A stretch of DNA of 64,000 bases from Candidatus Latescibacterota bacterium (GTDB taxonomy: Bacteria > Latescibacterota > UBA2968), in NCBI GenBank assembly GCA_965198115.1, contig OZ240241.1, forward strand, positions 5,344,001 through 5,408,000. The letters are read 5' to 3'. The notes below the pieces were generated by a model. The model saw only the letters and a program-made list of their open reading frames with translations. It had not been told where the DNA came from and did not search any database. How positions within the stretch are numbered: position 1 is the stretch's first letter; the number at the start of each line of letters is the position of its first letter. The translations under genes and the position numbers were made by a program. Shown here one piece after another: positions 53,609-64,000 of this stretch.

Positions 53609-55669
53609 GCACTTTCGTGCGTCAGTGAACCAAACAACCTTGCACAATCACAAGCGAGTGTCATCCCGGTAGTGTTTTGAAGAGCCTGTCCCGAGCGCAG
53701 TCGAGGGAGGATCCATTCTGTCTTTTCGCGTAAGTCAAAATGGGACCCCCCTTCGACAGGCTCAGGACAGGCGGCTAAGAAGCGTACCGGGGTGACATTT
53801 CCTTTCGTGTTTCGTTTATCGGTCAGTTTCTCTTGGTGTCTTGGAGTTTTGGTACCAGTTGGATGTTCAAACCCATCGACAGAGAGAAAGGCTGCCGAGA
53901 GTTTACGTGGATTCACCCGGTAATCCAAGACCATCTCACCCCCCGGATGTAGATGAATCCGCTCGACACAGGCGTGGATGATGGCCTTGCGCATTCGAAA
54001 CTGCTTAAGCTGATCCTCTGAGTAGCTTCTATTCTTTACGAGAAAAGATGGAACCGTATCGTCGACATCGACTAGCGAGAGGATTCCATCGCCCGCAAAC
54101 GTCAGCGCGTGGGCGAGACCATCCTTAAGTGCGTCGGCCCCCTCGCGCGCATCCAGCTTGGCAGTTATCTGATGAATCTCTTGATCCAGGTGCACGCCTT
54201 CTGCTTGGATCCTGTCCACTTGCTTTTGATACCGGCTTCCCGTCAGCGTTCCAGATACGTACGCAAAATCCGCTCGCTCAACATGTCCTGCAAGACCGTC
54301 CCTCTTCTTTTTCAGACTTTCGAGTCGCTGCGCCATCGCTTCTCCGCCTTCTGAATCGAACTGTTCCTGCCAGATCGCCAGGATTTTCTCGGGCTTCATC
54401 AGCATCCGATGCACTTGTGCGGACACTCGCTGATTCACGTCCGATATTTTTTGGCTGGGCGCGCTGCACCTCTTTCCGAACTGATCGAATCTGGCGTTGC
54501 AGTAGAGCCGGCCATCGATCAGGTTCGACCGTTGGCCATACATCCCCCGTCCACCCCCTCGGTATCCTCGGTCCTCTTCGTGACAGACTCCGCAACGAAG
54601 AAGCTTGCCAACAGATACTCGGTCGCGTCGGTGCGGGTGCCTTGCGACTTCTTGCCGTCCTTGGCCGCAGGCTGTGCCTTTTGCCAGGTGGCGTCGTCGA
54701 TGATCCCGGGCACCGAGCAGGAGACCCATTCGGATCTGGGCTTCAGCCGTTGTTTTTTCCGACCCGTCAGCGGGTCCTGCTCATACGCGTATTTGCTGTA
54801 GTTGAAGACTCCCTTGTAGGTCTCCGAAGATAGCACGCCCCGCACGTGCTGCGGTCGCCACGGCACACCTTTATTGGTCAGGGTGCCTTGCGCATCGAGA
54901 GTCAGGGCGATCCGGTAGGTCGCCACACCTCGCAGACACATCTCAAACATACTGCGGACCACCTTGGCCTTCTCATCATCAACGACGAGCCGCGAACGCG
55001 AGCCCTGCTTGCCGCGAGCCGAGTCGCCTGTTAGCTCCAGCCGATAGCCGAAAGGGGTGCAACCGCCCGGCCAGTGACCATGTTCGGCTGCCGCAAGTTT
55101 GCCCTGGATCATCCGTCGGTGGCGCGTGTCAGAATCAGCTTCGACGATCGATAGCCTAATGGACGTCTCCAGCTTCTCCGGATCGAGCCAGCCCTCATTT
55201 ATGGTGTAAATCAGCGCGTCCAATTCCAAAAGGACGGCCGTAAACTCGCCTCTCTGACGGGCCTTCTCGGCACTACCGGCTTTGAGCCTTATCAGACGAT
55301 CAAGGAACGTCGACCGCAGCACCGACAACTTGCCGGCAGTTCGTAACTCCTTCGCCGTCTCCAGCAGAACACGCCCGGCTGGACGTTCCCAAAGCGGATA
55401 CCGTTCTGCCGATACCCCAAGATCGAGCAAGATGGTATGGGAGTCGTCCACGAACACCGTCTCGGCTGACTGCTGTTTGGCAGGCGTCCGCTTCCCGCCG
55501 TCGTAGACGACCAGGGAATCGAACCGGTGCAGGGGCCACTGGTTCTGTTCGGCGTCTTCGTTCAGCGCACGGATGTTGCCAAGATGCGTCTCGGCTGCTC
55601 GCTGCTCGGCGGACGAAGAACGGTGGTAGGATAGGATGACTGCATTCTGTGGCAAGGTAGTCTGCATTC
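53551..55669 (-). pseudogene. Large serine recombinase (integrase-type), frameshifted near 54610
   Basis: YHRSS catalytic motif, DLGVS, ERP, DRL; recombinase domain G.TPFGY...IA..L...G...W....V...L....YKG; zinc ribbon LLRCGVC in the second frame; coiled coil. Confidence 0.85.
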
Positions 55670-56121
55670 GGGCCTCCATCGGTATCAGGGGGTTATCACT
55701 TTCGGCTGTAGCCAATTTGACTGATTCTTCGACGTCTGTCTCGTGATTTCCTGGTGCATCCACAGGATTCCGGGCACAAACAGGTTCCTGTGCTGAATGG
55801 GGGCACTGTTGCCGAGCAGGTGTGGCTTACGACCACGGTAACGGCTATTAGTCCCCCGATCTTGACCCCGTCCGCCAACGAATGCATTACCTATTGATCG
55901 AGCGACATTCGCCATTATGAAGTGGCCTTGGCCTTCCTCACAGGGAGCGGTGTTCAGACGGTCCTCGACCTCTTCTTCAGTCAGAACGTGACAGCTTTCC
56001 AGAGCGTGTAGGGGATGCAACACCGTGCGGGCTGTCGTAAGCGACCGTTCACATTTGTGAATCTTCTTGGGTTCAGGTGCCAAAACGGCGCTTAGGCTGT
56101 GGGTATTCGGCTCAGGTGTCA

Positions 56122-56858
56122 CTACGTGGCTCCGATGTCGCTCCGGACCAGGACTCGGCGGACTCTCCCCCTCGAACGTGTGCCATGCTTTGGGCGTGAA
56201 ACCAGTCTCGTCCTCACATCCTTCAGTGGCTTCGAGCGCGCCCGAATAACTCTCCTCGTCCTGGCGACTGGTGGTCTCGCGTGAAGGTCGGCTGATGAAC
56301 GCTCATTGGTGCCGCGCTGCCGACGGAGAGCGCCGTACGACTCAATCCGCCGAATCCCTCGCAGTTCCCCCCAGACTTTCACTCGCAACCGTGGTCTCAT
56401 CCTGTCGAACGAGGTGACGTACGATAGGCGCTCCGCCAGTTTTTTCGGCCCGCCGATGCTCCGAACGTCAACGATGCTGCTGTTGGTCGTGAGTTTCGTC
56501 CATAGTTCGCAAAGTTCTCGTTGATCTATCCACGGGCCATAGTGCAAAACGTGCACGTGGATGTTTCCAGACTTAGGGCCTGCTTGAAGCACAGCAAACG
56601 CAGCAGCGTGGGCCCCTCGCAATCTTCGACGCCAGAGTAACGACATCCCCCTCCTACCAATCTCCGCTGCATGTCGGAACTTCCCTTCTGTGCGTACGGT
56701 CAGCGTGATGTGTCTCCACGTATGATTCGACTCGATGTTGATGACGTCACGCGCTTGGTCGAGGCAAGCGATGATGTCGGTGACCTTCAGTCCGCGGCGA
56801 TTCACAAGCTTCTTCGCCAATCGGAGATGGTGAACCACCTCATGAACCCGAATGAGCT
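56122..56858 (-). pseudogene. HUH rolling-circle replication initiator (Rep)-like protein, 5' truncated
   Basis: ITLTV motif I, NIHVHVL HUH motif II, SIVDVR, YVT motif III-like, LRGIRRIESYG; frame stays open up to an IS end at 56859. Confidence 0.65.
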
Positions 56859-57465
56859 GGCAATGTCTTTTTCGCTGTTGAAATTGGACAGCGGCATGTG
56901 ATGGTTTCAGGCGGCTGCAGCGCGTCCTTCAACGTTCCCGTCGAGGGCGGCATCGTGCGTCTGAAGGGCGACCACAAGCTTGGTCATCTGGCGGTAGCCC
57001 TTGAGTCGCCGGAAGCCCCGTTCGGCTTCCAAGGCACCGGCGGCGCTCCAGCGCAGGATCATGCGGCCGCTCTTCCATCGCTTGACGCGGCCTGAGAGTT
57101 GGCGCAACTGTCCGATCAGGTTTTCGATGACGTTCGTGCTCGAAAGGGTGCGCTCCAGGGAAGATCCACCGAGGCCCAGGCGTTTGTACCGTCAGCAGAT
57201 CCTCGAGCCCTTCGCGGAGCGAGGCGGCCGCGCCGGGGTGCTGCTCGTCCAGGCTCCTCGCCAGATTCGTGAGCATACGTTCAGCCAGTTCGGGATCTTC
57301 GGCTCTGAACGCGTCTTTCAGAGCGCACTTCACCGACCCTCGCTTGCCCTCCGGCAGCGCGTCCAACACGTTCCGCTTCTTGTGCTCCTGGCATCGCTGG
57401 ATGAGCGCGCGTCTTCCGAGGACTGACCGCACAGCCCTGTAAAGGGCCTTGCCGCCGTCGATCAC
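56859..57465 (-). mobile_element. Fragment of a second IS256-family element (3' half, frameshifted)
   Basis: IDGGKAL, QRCQEHKKRNV, AA.SLREGL, AE.GFRRLKG; terminus aatttcaacagcgaaaaagacattgcc. Confidence 0.8.
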
Positions 57466-58677
57466 AATGTCGTCCGAATGATCTGCTGTGCGAGGCTTGC
57501 CGTTCTGCCTTACTACTCGAAGATCTACTGCACCGTCCTCCGGAGCACTTATCTCTGAAGGTTGTTACTGAATTCGGGGAGCCCCTTTGCTACGGCGCCG
57601 TCTCTAGCCTGAATCATGCATGAATTTGAGTTTAGGTTGTTTTGGAGTGATGTGATCACGCACAGGATTTGTTCTCGGCTTCTTCGGATGTCCAAGGTCC
57701 CGTAAGCGGTCTCTACGAGTCGCAAGAGTCACGATTTTCGTCCGGAACAGGTGTTGTTTTGCGACGTGTACATAGCTGTCCCCGGTATAGATCGGCGTTG
57801 TTACTGCGTGTTCGTTTCGAGCCTGGTGATGATTGACACCAAGACGTTTTTGAGTGGATACGATGTTGGAAAATGGAATCGGATTCTTCGTGCGCTTTCA
57901 ATGACTCTCGCGCCGATTTTGAGGAAACGGTTCTGTATCGTGTTGACCTGAGGTTTGGTCCACGCGGTGCCCTTGAGTCCCTGTGATCGGAGTGCGTGAA
58001 GCAAGGCGTATGCAGCACTGTGTAGAAAGAGTCGGAACTGGTTGGCTTCAAACTTGTGGCACGATGTTCGATCGGAGTGAAGGAATGTTTTGTGGTCCTT
58101 GATGAAGCCTTCCGTGCGTCCCCTTGCGCAGTAGATACGATCATAGATAAAGCCGTCTCGATTACTCTGTAAATTGGTCACGCGGTATCTTGGATTTGCT
58201 TCGCCGTTTGTGACTTCAGCCTTGTGAATGATCCGGCGAGGCTGCCGGTAGGTGCCAGCCTGATATGAGAAGGATGAGAACAAGCGAATCGTCTCCTTAT
58301 GCTCGCTCAGACGTAGCGCTTGGTCCATCAGGTTTTGTCCAGCCGCTTTGAGCTTGGAGTTGGCGCCCTGGCCCAGAACGTAGTAGATACCGTTGTCTTC
58401 GCAGAAATCGTGCATCTCTGGTGAGCTGAACTTTGAGTCTGCGCGAACGATGATCTCCACGTTTGGCCAAGATCCGCGTAGGTGTTCCACCAAGCGCTTG
58501 AGAATAGAAACGACCTGTTTACCGTTCGTCGGATGCCCGGGTCTCAAGATCGTCGTAATGAGCTTGCCGCTTTGGCCTTCATAGATATGTAGCGGCATAT
58601 AGCAGTGTTCATTGTAATACGCGTTGAAGAGTGAAAATTGTTGCGCACCGTGCGTTGGGTCATCCGTGTCGTCGATA

Positions 58678-60051
58678 GAGTTCAGGTCAATAGGTGTGTA
58701 AAAGAAATCAGGCGGCCATCTTCCCGGCTTCGACCTGCGGTCCGGTTGAGTGTTTCTGATCGTAGACTTGTTGTAGCAAGTGTGGCGCGGTGAGTTTCCT
58801 GAATCGGCTCTCTGCGACCTTGAGCGTACGCCAGATGAGAGTCGTGGCGTTCCTGACTTTCTTGAATCGCCTGGCGGCGTTTGTGCGAAGCCGAACGGAA
58901 GCAAAGGGGCTCTCGACGACGTTCGTGGTTCTCAGGTGTTTCCAGTGTTCCTTCGGGAAGTCGTAGAACGTGACCATCCGATCCCAGTCTCTTTCGAGCG
59001 TCTCCACGGCGGCAGGGAACTGTGAGCGATACCGTGCGGCAAAGCGTTTCCGGAGCTTCTCGGCCTCCTTTTTCGTGCCGGCATAGGGGATCTGGACGAG
59101 CAGTGCGCGGGCTTCAGCCTGTGCACGCTTGGCGACCTTGTCGAGCACGTTGAGGATCTTGTGGTTCCAGCACCGTTGTTGCCGGCTCTCTGGCCAGACC
59201 TGATCAACGGCCGCCCAGATGCCCATATTCCCGTCCGCGGCGATCAGGACAGGATGTTCGAGCCCGCGATCCCGGAGATCCCGGAGCACCGTGAGCCAGG
59301 ATTCTGTAGACTCTCGATAACCGGGTTCTATCGCCAGGATCTCCTTGCTGCCGTCGCTCATCGCGCCGATCACGACCAGCAGACACGCCTTCTCGCGCTC
59401 GAGCCCGGCTTTGACGTAGATGCCATCAGCCCAGGCGTAGACCAGTTCGCGATTATCCAGACGCCTTTCTTTCCAGTCCTGGAAGTCGACCTCCCACTTC
59501 CCTCGAAGACGAGCGATCGAGGTCGGCGAAAGCGGCGCGCCATCACCGAGCAGCGCACGCAAAGACAACTCGAAGTCGCCCTGGGAGAGACCGTGGAGAT
59601 AAAGGTCGGGAAGCAGATCTCCAATGGCCCTGGTTCTCCGGGCGAACAGGGGGAGGATGCGGCTTTCAAACCGCTCTTCCAGACCACGAACCCGGGGACG
59701 CCGGACCTTGATCGTTCCGCAGCTCGTCGAGAGACGCCGGGGCTTGCCGTAGCCGTTCCTGTAGCCCCTGGAGCTATCGACCTCGGCTCGGCGCTCATAC
59801 CACGACCGGCCCAAGAACGCGGTCGCCTCCTCCTCCAGAATGGACTGGAACCGGCCCTGGATCTCTTCACGGATCCAATCGTCAACCGTCTCCCACGTCG
59901 GCATGGACTTCAATGGGGCTCTATGCGTATGTTCCTTCACGGCGATCCTCCTTCCCAACCGGGCCTCTCACCCGGTTTTGTGTGAATCAACTATCTCACG
60001 GGAAGGGTAGGGTCGCCCTTTCTCTTTTTCCACACCTTTTGATTATAGCTC
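58678..60051 (-). mobile_element. IS256-family element, copy 3 (transposase 58708-59958)
   Basis: 8-bp TSD cgtcgata at 58670-58677 and 60052-60059. Confidence 0.96.
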
Positions 60052-60606
60052 CGTCGATATCGAGAATGATGCTTGGGGGTGCCTGGTCATACGATGCGAT
60101 GAACCCGTCTACAAAAGCCCGTGCGAGCCGATACAAATCCGAGCGTCGCACATCATTCTCAAGTCGTGTCATCGTTGATTGGCTCCCGAGATCAGGACCG
60201 GAAAGAGGAAGCCGATCGCAGGCAGCCTTGACGCCCGGATCGTGGCGCAAATCATCACAATCGACGGCATCTTCATAGCCGCAAGCGATCTGAAAAACAC
60301 GCCGCTTCACAAGATCCAAAAGCGTGTGATCGATATAGCTTGGGTGACGACGATCTCGCAAAGCATCTACCATTCTGGCGATCAATCCCATCTGAGACTC
60401 AAGGGCGCGAAGCAACAGAACTCCACCGTCACTCCTGACGGCGCCACCGGCAAAATCAGCCTCAACTACCTTGCCCGAAATGCTTGCGAATGGTAACCGG
60501 ATCTGACTAGGTTCTATCACGGTAGTTCCTTCCAAGTGTTGTTTTGATGTGTCAGCCCTAATGTAGGGAAAAACAAACACTTGTACAAGGAGACTACCTT
60601 TTTTAT

Positions 60607-62026
60607 GGCTCTATCCGGGTTTCTCAACGGTGAAACTATAGAATGACAAGGTCATAGATCGTTCCCTACGCTTGGTTGTGTGTGTAGGACAATCAAAGCG
60701 AAGGGGGTGCGACCTATGACCGGGAGCAGATTACTATCGAAACTGCTGAGATTCAAGGGGTTCCGTGTTGTCAGCTGGTGGTTTGAGGGGAGAAGCTGTT
60801 TCGTCATCGCCGTAAAGCCACATAAGAATGGTTGTTGTTGTCCGGAGTGCGGCCGTCGAGGTAAAATCGTCCGCACAATGCCCCATCCGCGTCGGTGGCG
60901 TGACATTCCGGTGTGCGGGTGGAGGGTCTGGCTTCTCTACCATCCTCGGGAGATTCGGTGTCCTACCCACGGTCGTGTGGTCGAGGAGATTCCGTGGGCG
61001 GAGCGGTTCTCTCGGGTGACGTATCGCTTCGAGTATGCCATGCTGCGCTACTGCCAGACCATGACGCAGAAGGCGGCGTCCGAGTTACTGCGCATCTCTG
61101 CCTCGACGCTGTCGGATCTCCTTCACCGATCCATCACGCGGCTTCGTGAAGGTCATCGTATCCGAGGGCTCAAAACCATCGGGATCGACGAGATCTCCTA
61201 CGCCAAGCGTCACAGGTACGCCACGCTCGTTTACGATCTGGACCGCTCCTGCGTGGTGTGGGTTGGCCGCGGCAGGGCGCGTAAAACGATCGATCGGTTC
61301 TTCACAGAGGCTCTCAGTCCCTACCAGAGATCCAAGATCGAGTGGGCCTGCTGCGACATGAGCGAAGCTTACATCGGAGCCATCCAGGAACACTGTCCGA
61401 ATGCCAAGCTGGTCCTCGATCGCTTTCACATCGTCAAGGCTCTCAATGCCGCCGTTGACGAGGTCCGTAAGGACCAGTGGCGTAAAGCTGCCCCGGATGA
61501 GCGCAAAGCCATGAAGGGCCTCCGATGGCTCCTCTACCGGCACTCAGCGACACGCTCCAGAGGGGATACTCGGACACTCAAAGCACTGGAGAAGGCGAAC
61601 TACCGAATCTATAGAGCCTGGAGACTCAAGGACGAGTTCGAGCAGTTCTGGGAATACAAAGCGCCCTGGGCTGCCGAACGCTTCCTGAAATGCTGGACGA
61701 CGTCCGCACTCAGAAGTCGACTTGAACCCCTGCGAAAGTTCGTCAGGACCCTGCGACAGCACTTCTTCGGCGTCCTCGCATTCGTGAACACGCGTCTTAC
61801 CAACGCCATCGCCGAAGGCCTCAACCGAATCGTCCAAATCGTCAAGAACCGAGCCAGCGGATTCCGCACACTCGACGCATTCAACGATATGATCTTCCTT
61901 ACCGTCGGAGACATAAACATCCCTGAGCAGATTCCGAAGAGGTTCCGCACACTCTAACCGCGCCCCCATGCCAGGAACCACGGCACCTTCACCCACTTCA
62001 TCTCGTTGAGAGATCCGGATATAGCC
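60607..62026 (+). mobile_element. ISL3-family element, copy 4 (transposase 60680-61957)
   Basis: 1420 bp; 8-bp TSD ttttttat; lies 20 bp inside the IS1380 left tip. Confidence 0.96.
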
Positions 62027-62094
62027 TTTTTTATGCATAATTCAGGCTATCTGGCTCAAGCTGGGAAACTAGCAACCACTCAATGCCTTGCCCC

Positions 62095-62500
62095 TCGAAG
62101 CACTAGCTTTCAGCCCCCCTCGGTTAGCAGCTGTCACCTCGCCCTCGTGCGAAGCACGAGGGCGAGCGTAGGGTATTCCTATTAAAAGCAATGTGCGGCG
62201 CTCGTCCCGGAGCTTGTCCTGAGCCCCTCGACGGAGCCTGTGCCGAGCGGAGTCGAGGTGCTCGGGATAAACTCTGTCGAAGGGCTGTGCACAGGGACAC
62301 ATAACGAGCCAAACCTAATGGTAGTGGTGCTCTGTACGGGGGCGCTTGAATCGCGACGATCGTGGCCTACCTGGGATTGCTCTTCCTGAACACTGAACAC
62401 CGAACACTGGGCTGCCGCCGAGTATGGGCGGAGGAGACGGGCAGTCGGGGTGCTCGCCTCCCCCTGTAGGGCGACAGGTCGGGGCTGTCGCCGGTTTCCA
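62095..62500. repeat. REP-like repeat and hairpin cluster
   Basis: ctcgccctcgtgc-gaa-gcacgagggcgag, gagcctgtgccgagcggagtcgagg, gctcgggataaactc, gtagggcgacagg..ctgtcgcc. Confidence 0.6.
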
Positions 62501-62817
62501 TTTTCTGTCCTTCTATATTTGCAACCGTTGTGCCACCCACGCACCCTGCCGAACGATTCATCCTAAGTGACAGTTTCATAGGAGGTTCCGCTTTCGCCCC
62601 GGTTTTTCCTCCTGGAACGCCGCACCTGCTCCCCCACGATCGGTGGCCGGAATCAGCCTGCCACCTGGCCCATATCAGCCCGCGAAGGGGCAGGTGGAAC
62701 GGGCCGCCCGGCTCTCAACGATGACGTTTGCTCAGTGGCCCTGAAGAATGGATCTTGTGACGCGAAGATCCCGCTCTCGAAGAGAGCCTTCGGTCAGTGC
62801 CCCGACGGAGATTTCAT

Positions 62818-64000
62818 ATGCGCAGCTGCCTGTATCTTTTCTCATGTATCTTGGTGCTTTCCGCTGCATCCACGTTCCCGACCACATCCGGAGAAGAATC
62901 ACCGGGCAGGAACTGGCCCCGGTGGCGGGGCGAATTCGGCGTTTCATCCGAGACCTCTCTCCCCACGACCTGGAGTCCAGATTCGGGCATCGCCTGGACC
63001 GTCAAACCGGCCGGATCCGGTACCTCTGCGCCGATCGTCTGGGGCGACCAAGTCATCGTCACCTCACAGGTCGGCCTGGCAACGGTCAAGGGCGGTGCGC
63101 ATCCATTCCTCGCCCGCGACGACCCCAGCATTGTTGCGCAGGAAGACGCCATGGCCATCGTCGACCGGCGTGACGAGCCGCATCTTGTCATCGAATCTTT
63201 CGATCGATCCAGCGGCAAACGGAAGTGGATCTACCGATCAAAGGCCATCGGACCGTTCTCCGAACACCATAAAAAGCACAACCTTGCGACGTCGACCCCC
63301 GTGACCGACGGAAAGCGCGTCTATGCGTTGTTCGGGAATGGGCAGGTCCTCTGCGTCGACTTCGACGGACAACTCGTCTGGTCGCGCCATCTGTCAGACT
63401 ACGGAACCTTCGTGAACCGGTGGGGACACGGCGCGTCACCCACGCTCTACGACGACCTGCTCATCCTCCTCGTCGACCACCAGCCCAACGCTTACCTCCT
63501 CGCCCTCGATGCCGAAACGGGGAAAGAACGCTGGCACGTCGACCGCGGGTCGGACCGCATTTCCCACGCCACGCCCGTCGTCATACCCGGCCCCGACGGC
63601 GACGAGCTCGTGATTAACTCGACGGAGCGCGTCGAGGCCTTCGATCCCACGACCGGCCAGCTCCTGTGGCACTTTGGAGCGTATCGGCAGACACCGATCC
63701 CGACGCCCGTCTTCGGCGACAGCACCATTTACATGACGCGGGGTTATCGGAACAGCGACTTCCTGGCCATCCGCCCGGGAGGACGAGGCGACATCACGGA
63801 GAGCCACATTCTCTGGCGATCACCCGGCGGAGGGTCTTACGTCCCCTCCATCGTGCACTTCGAGGGGCTGCTCTACATGACCAACGAGATCGGTGTCGTG
63901 ACGTGCGCCGACGCGAGCGACGGGAAGCGGGTGTGGCGCCACCGGCTCGGCGGCATCTTCTTCGCATCCCCAGTCGCAGGTGACGGGAAGGTTTACATGG
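62818..64000 (+). CDS. Secreted PQQ-binding-like beta-propeller (BamB-like) protein, runs off the window
   Basis: GGAG RBS; MRSCLYLFSCILVLSAAS signal; NWPRWRG, S.PIVWGD, STPVTDG, D..TG...W repeats; no stop before 64000. Confidence 0.88.
   Translation, partial: MRSCLYLFSCILVLSAASTFPTTSGEESPGRNWPRWRGEFGVSSETSLPTTWSPDSGIAWTVKPAGSGTSAPIVWGDQVIVTSQVGLATVKGGAHPFLARDDPSIVAQEDAMAIVDRRDEPHLVIESFDRSSGKRKWIYRSKAIGPFSEHHKKHNLATSTPVTDGKRVYALFGNGQVLCVDFDGQLVWSRHLSDYGTFVNRWGHGASPTLYDDLLILLVDHQPNAYLLALDAETGKERWHVDRGSDRISHATPVVIPGPDGDELVINSTERVEAFDPTTGQLLWHFGAYRQTPIPTPVFGDSTIYMTRGYRNSDFLAIRPGGRGDITESHILWRSPGGGSYVPSIVHFEGLLYMTNEIGVVTCADASDGKRVWRHRLGGIFFASPVAGDGKVYM

Larger units (their letters stand above)
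57608..62046 (-). mobile_element. IS1380-family element, copy 2, carrying IS256 and ISL3
   Basis: Inverted near-identical copy of 35340-38351; transposase split at IILDI^DDTDD. Confidence 0.93.

Noticed and set aside
55685-56122. 145-aa ORF between Rep and recombinase
   Set aside because: No recognisable motif or clear RBS; it could be real but cannot be supported
38352-57607. Inversion between IS1380 copies as the cause of the TSD mismatch
   Set aside because: The inner flanks are palindromic CTAG, so inverting the segment does not restore per-copy TSDs
57801-58904. 367-aa ORF that looks like a complete transposase
   Set aside because: Chimera of an alternate IS256 frame and the IS1380 3' half, created by the insertion
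1-64000. tRNA, rRNA or riboswitch genes
   Set aside because: No cloverleaf, rRNA-like or recognisable riboswitch consensus seen by eye; an Infernal scan would be needed to exclude them

Overview
GC-rich bacterial chromosome segment. Its gene content (five sulfatases, three Gfo/Idh/MocA oxidoreductases, PhyH dioxygenase, amidohydrolases, GH32, a MoxR-vWA operon and a PQQ beta-propeller) resembles Latescibacterota/Poribacteria/PVC-type heterotrophs; this taxonomic guess is inference only. Bases 1-20.6 kb are a mostly intact catabolic region that includes a candidate amidohydrolase-related dinuclear oxygenase paired with a Rieske ferredoxin. Bases 20.7-62 kb show a recent IS expansion of about 19 kb: 4x ISL3, 3x IS256, 2x IS1380, 2x ISAzo13, IS630, IS1595 and a second IS256-type fragment. 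The elements are strongly nested: every ISL3 sits in the terminus of another IS, and both IS1380 copies carry independent IS256 insertions 50 bp apart. The two inverted IS1380 copies share an outer 4-bp direct repeat (CTAT) and may bound a ~26.7-kb composite transposon. Its cargo includes a decayed module of a large serine recombinase plus a HUH rolling-circle Rep. Many genes carry frameshifts, a nonsense codon or deletions, and several intergenic repeat families are present. I found no rRNA, tRNA or CRISPR array.
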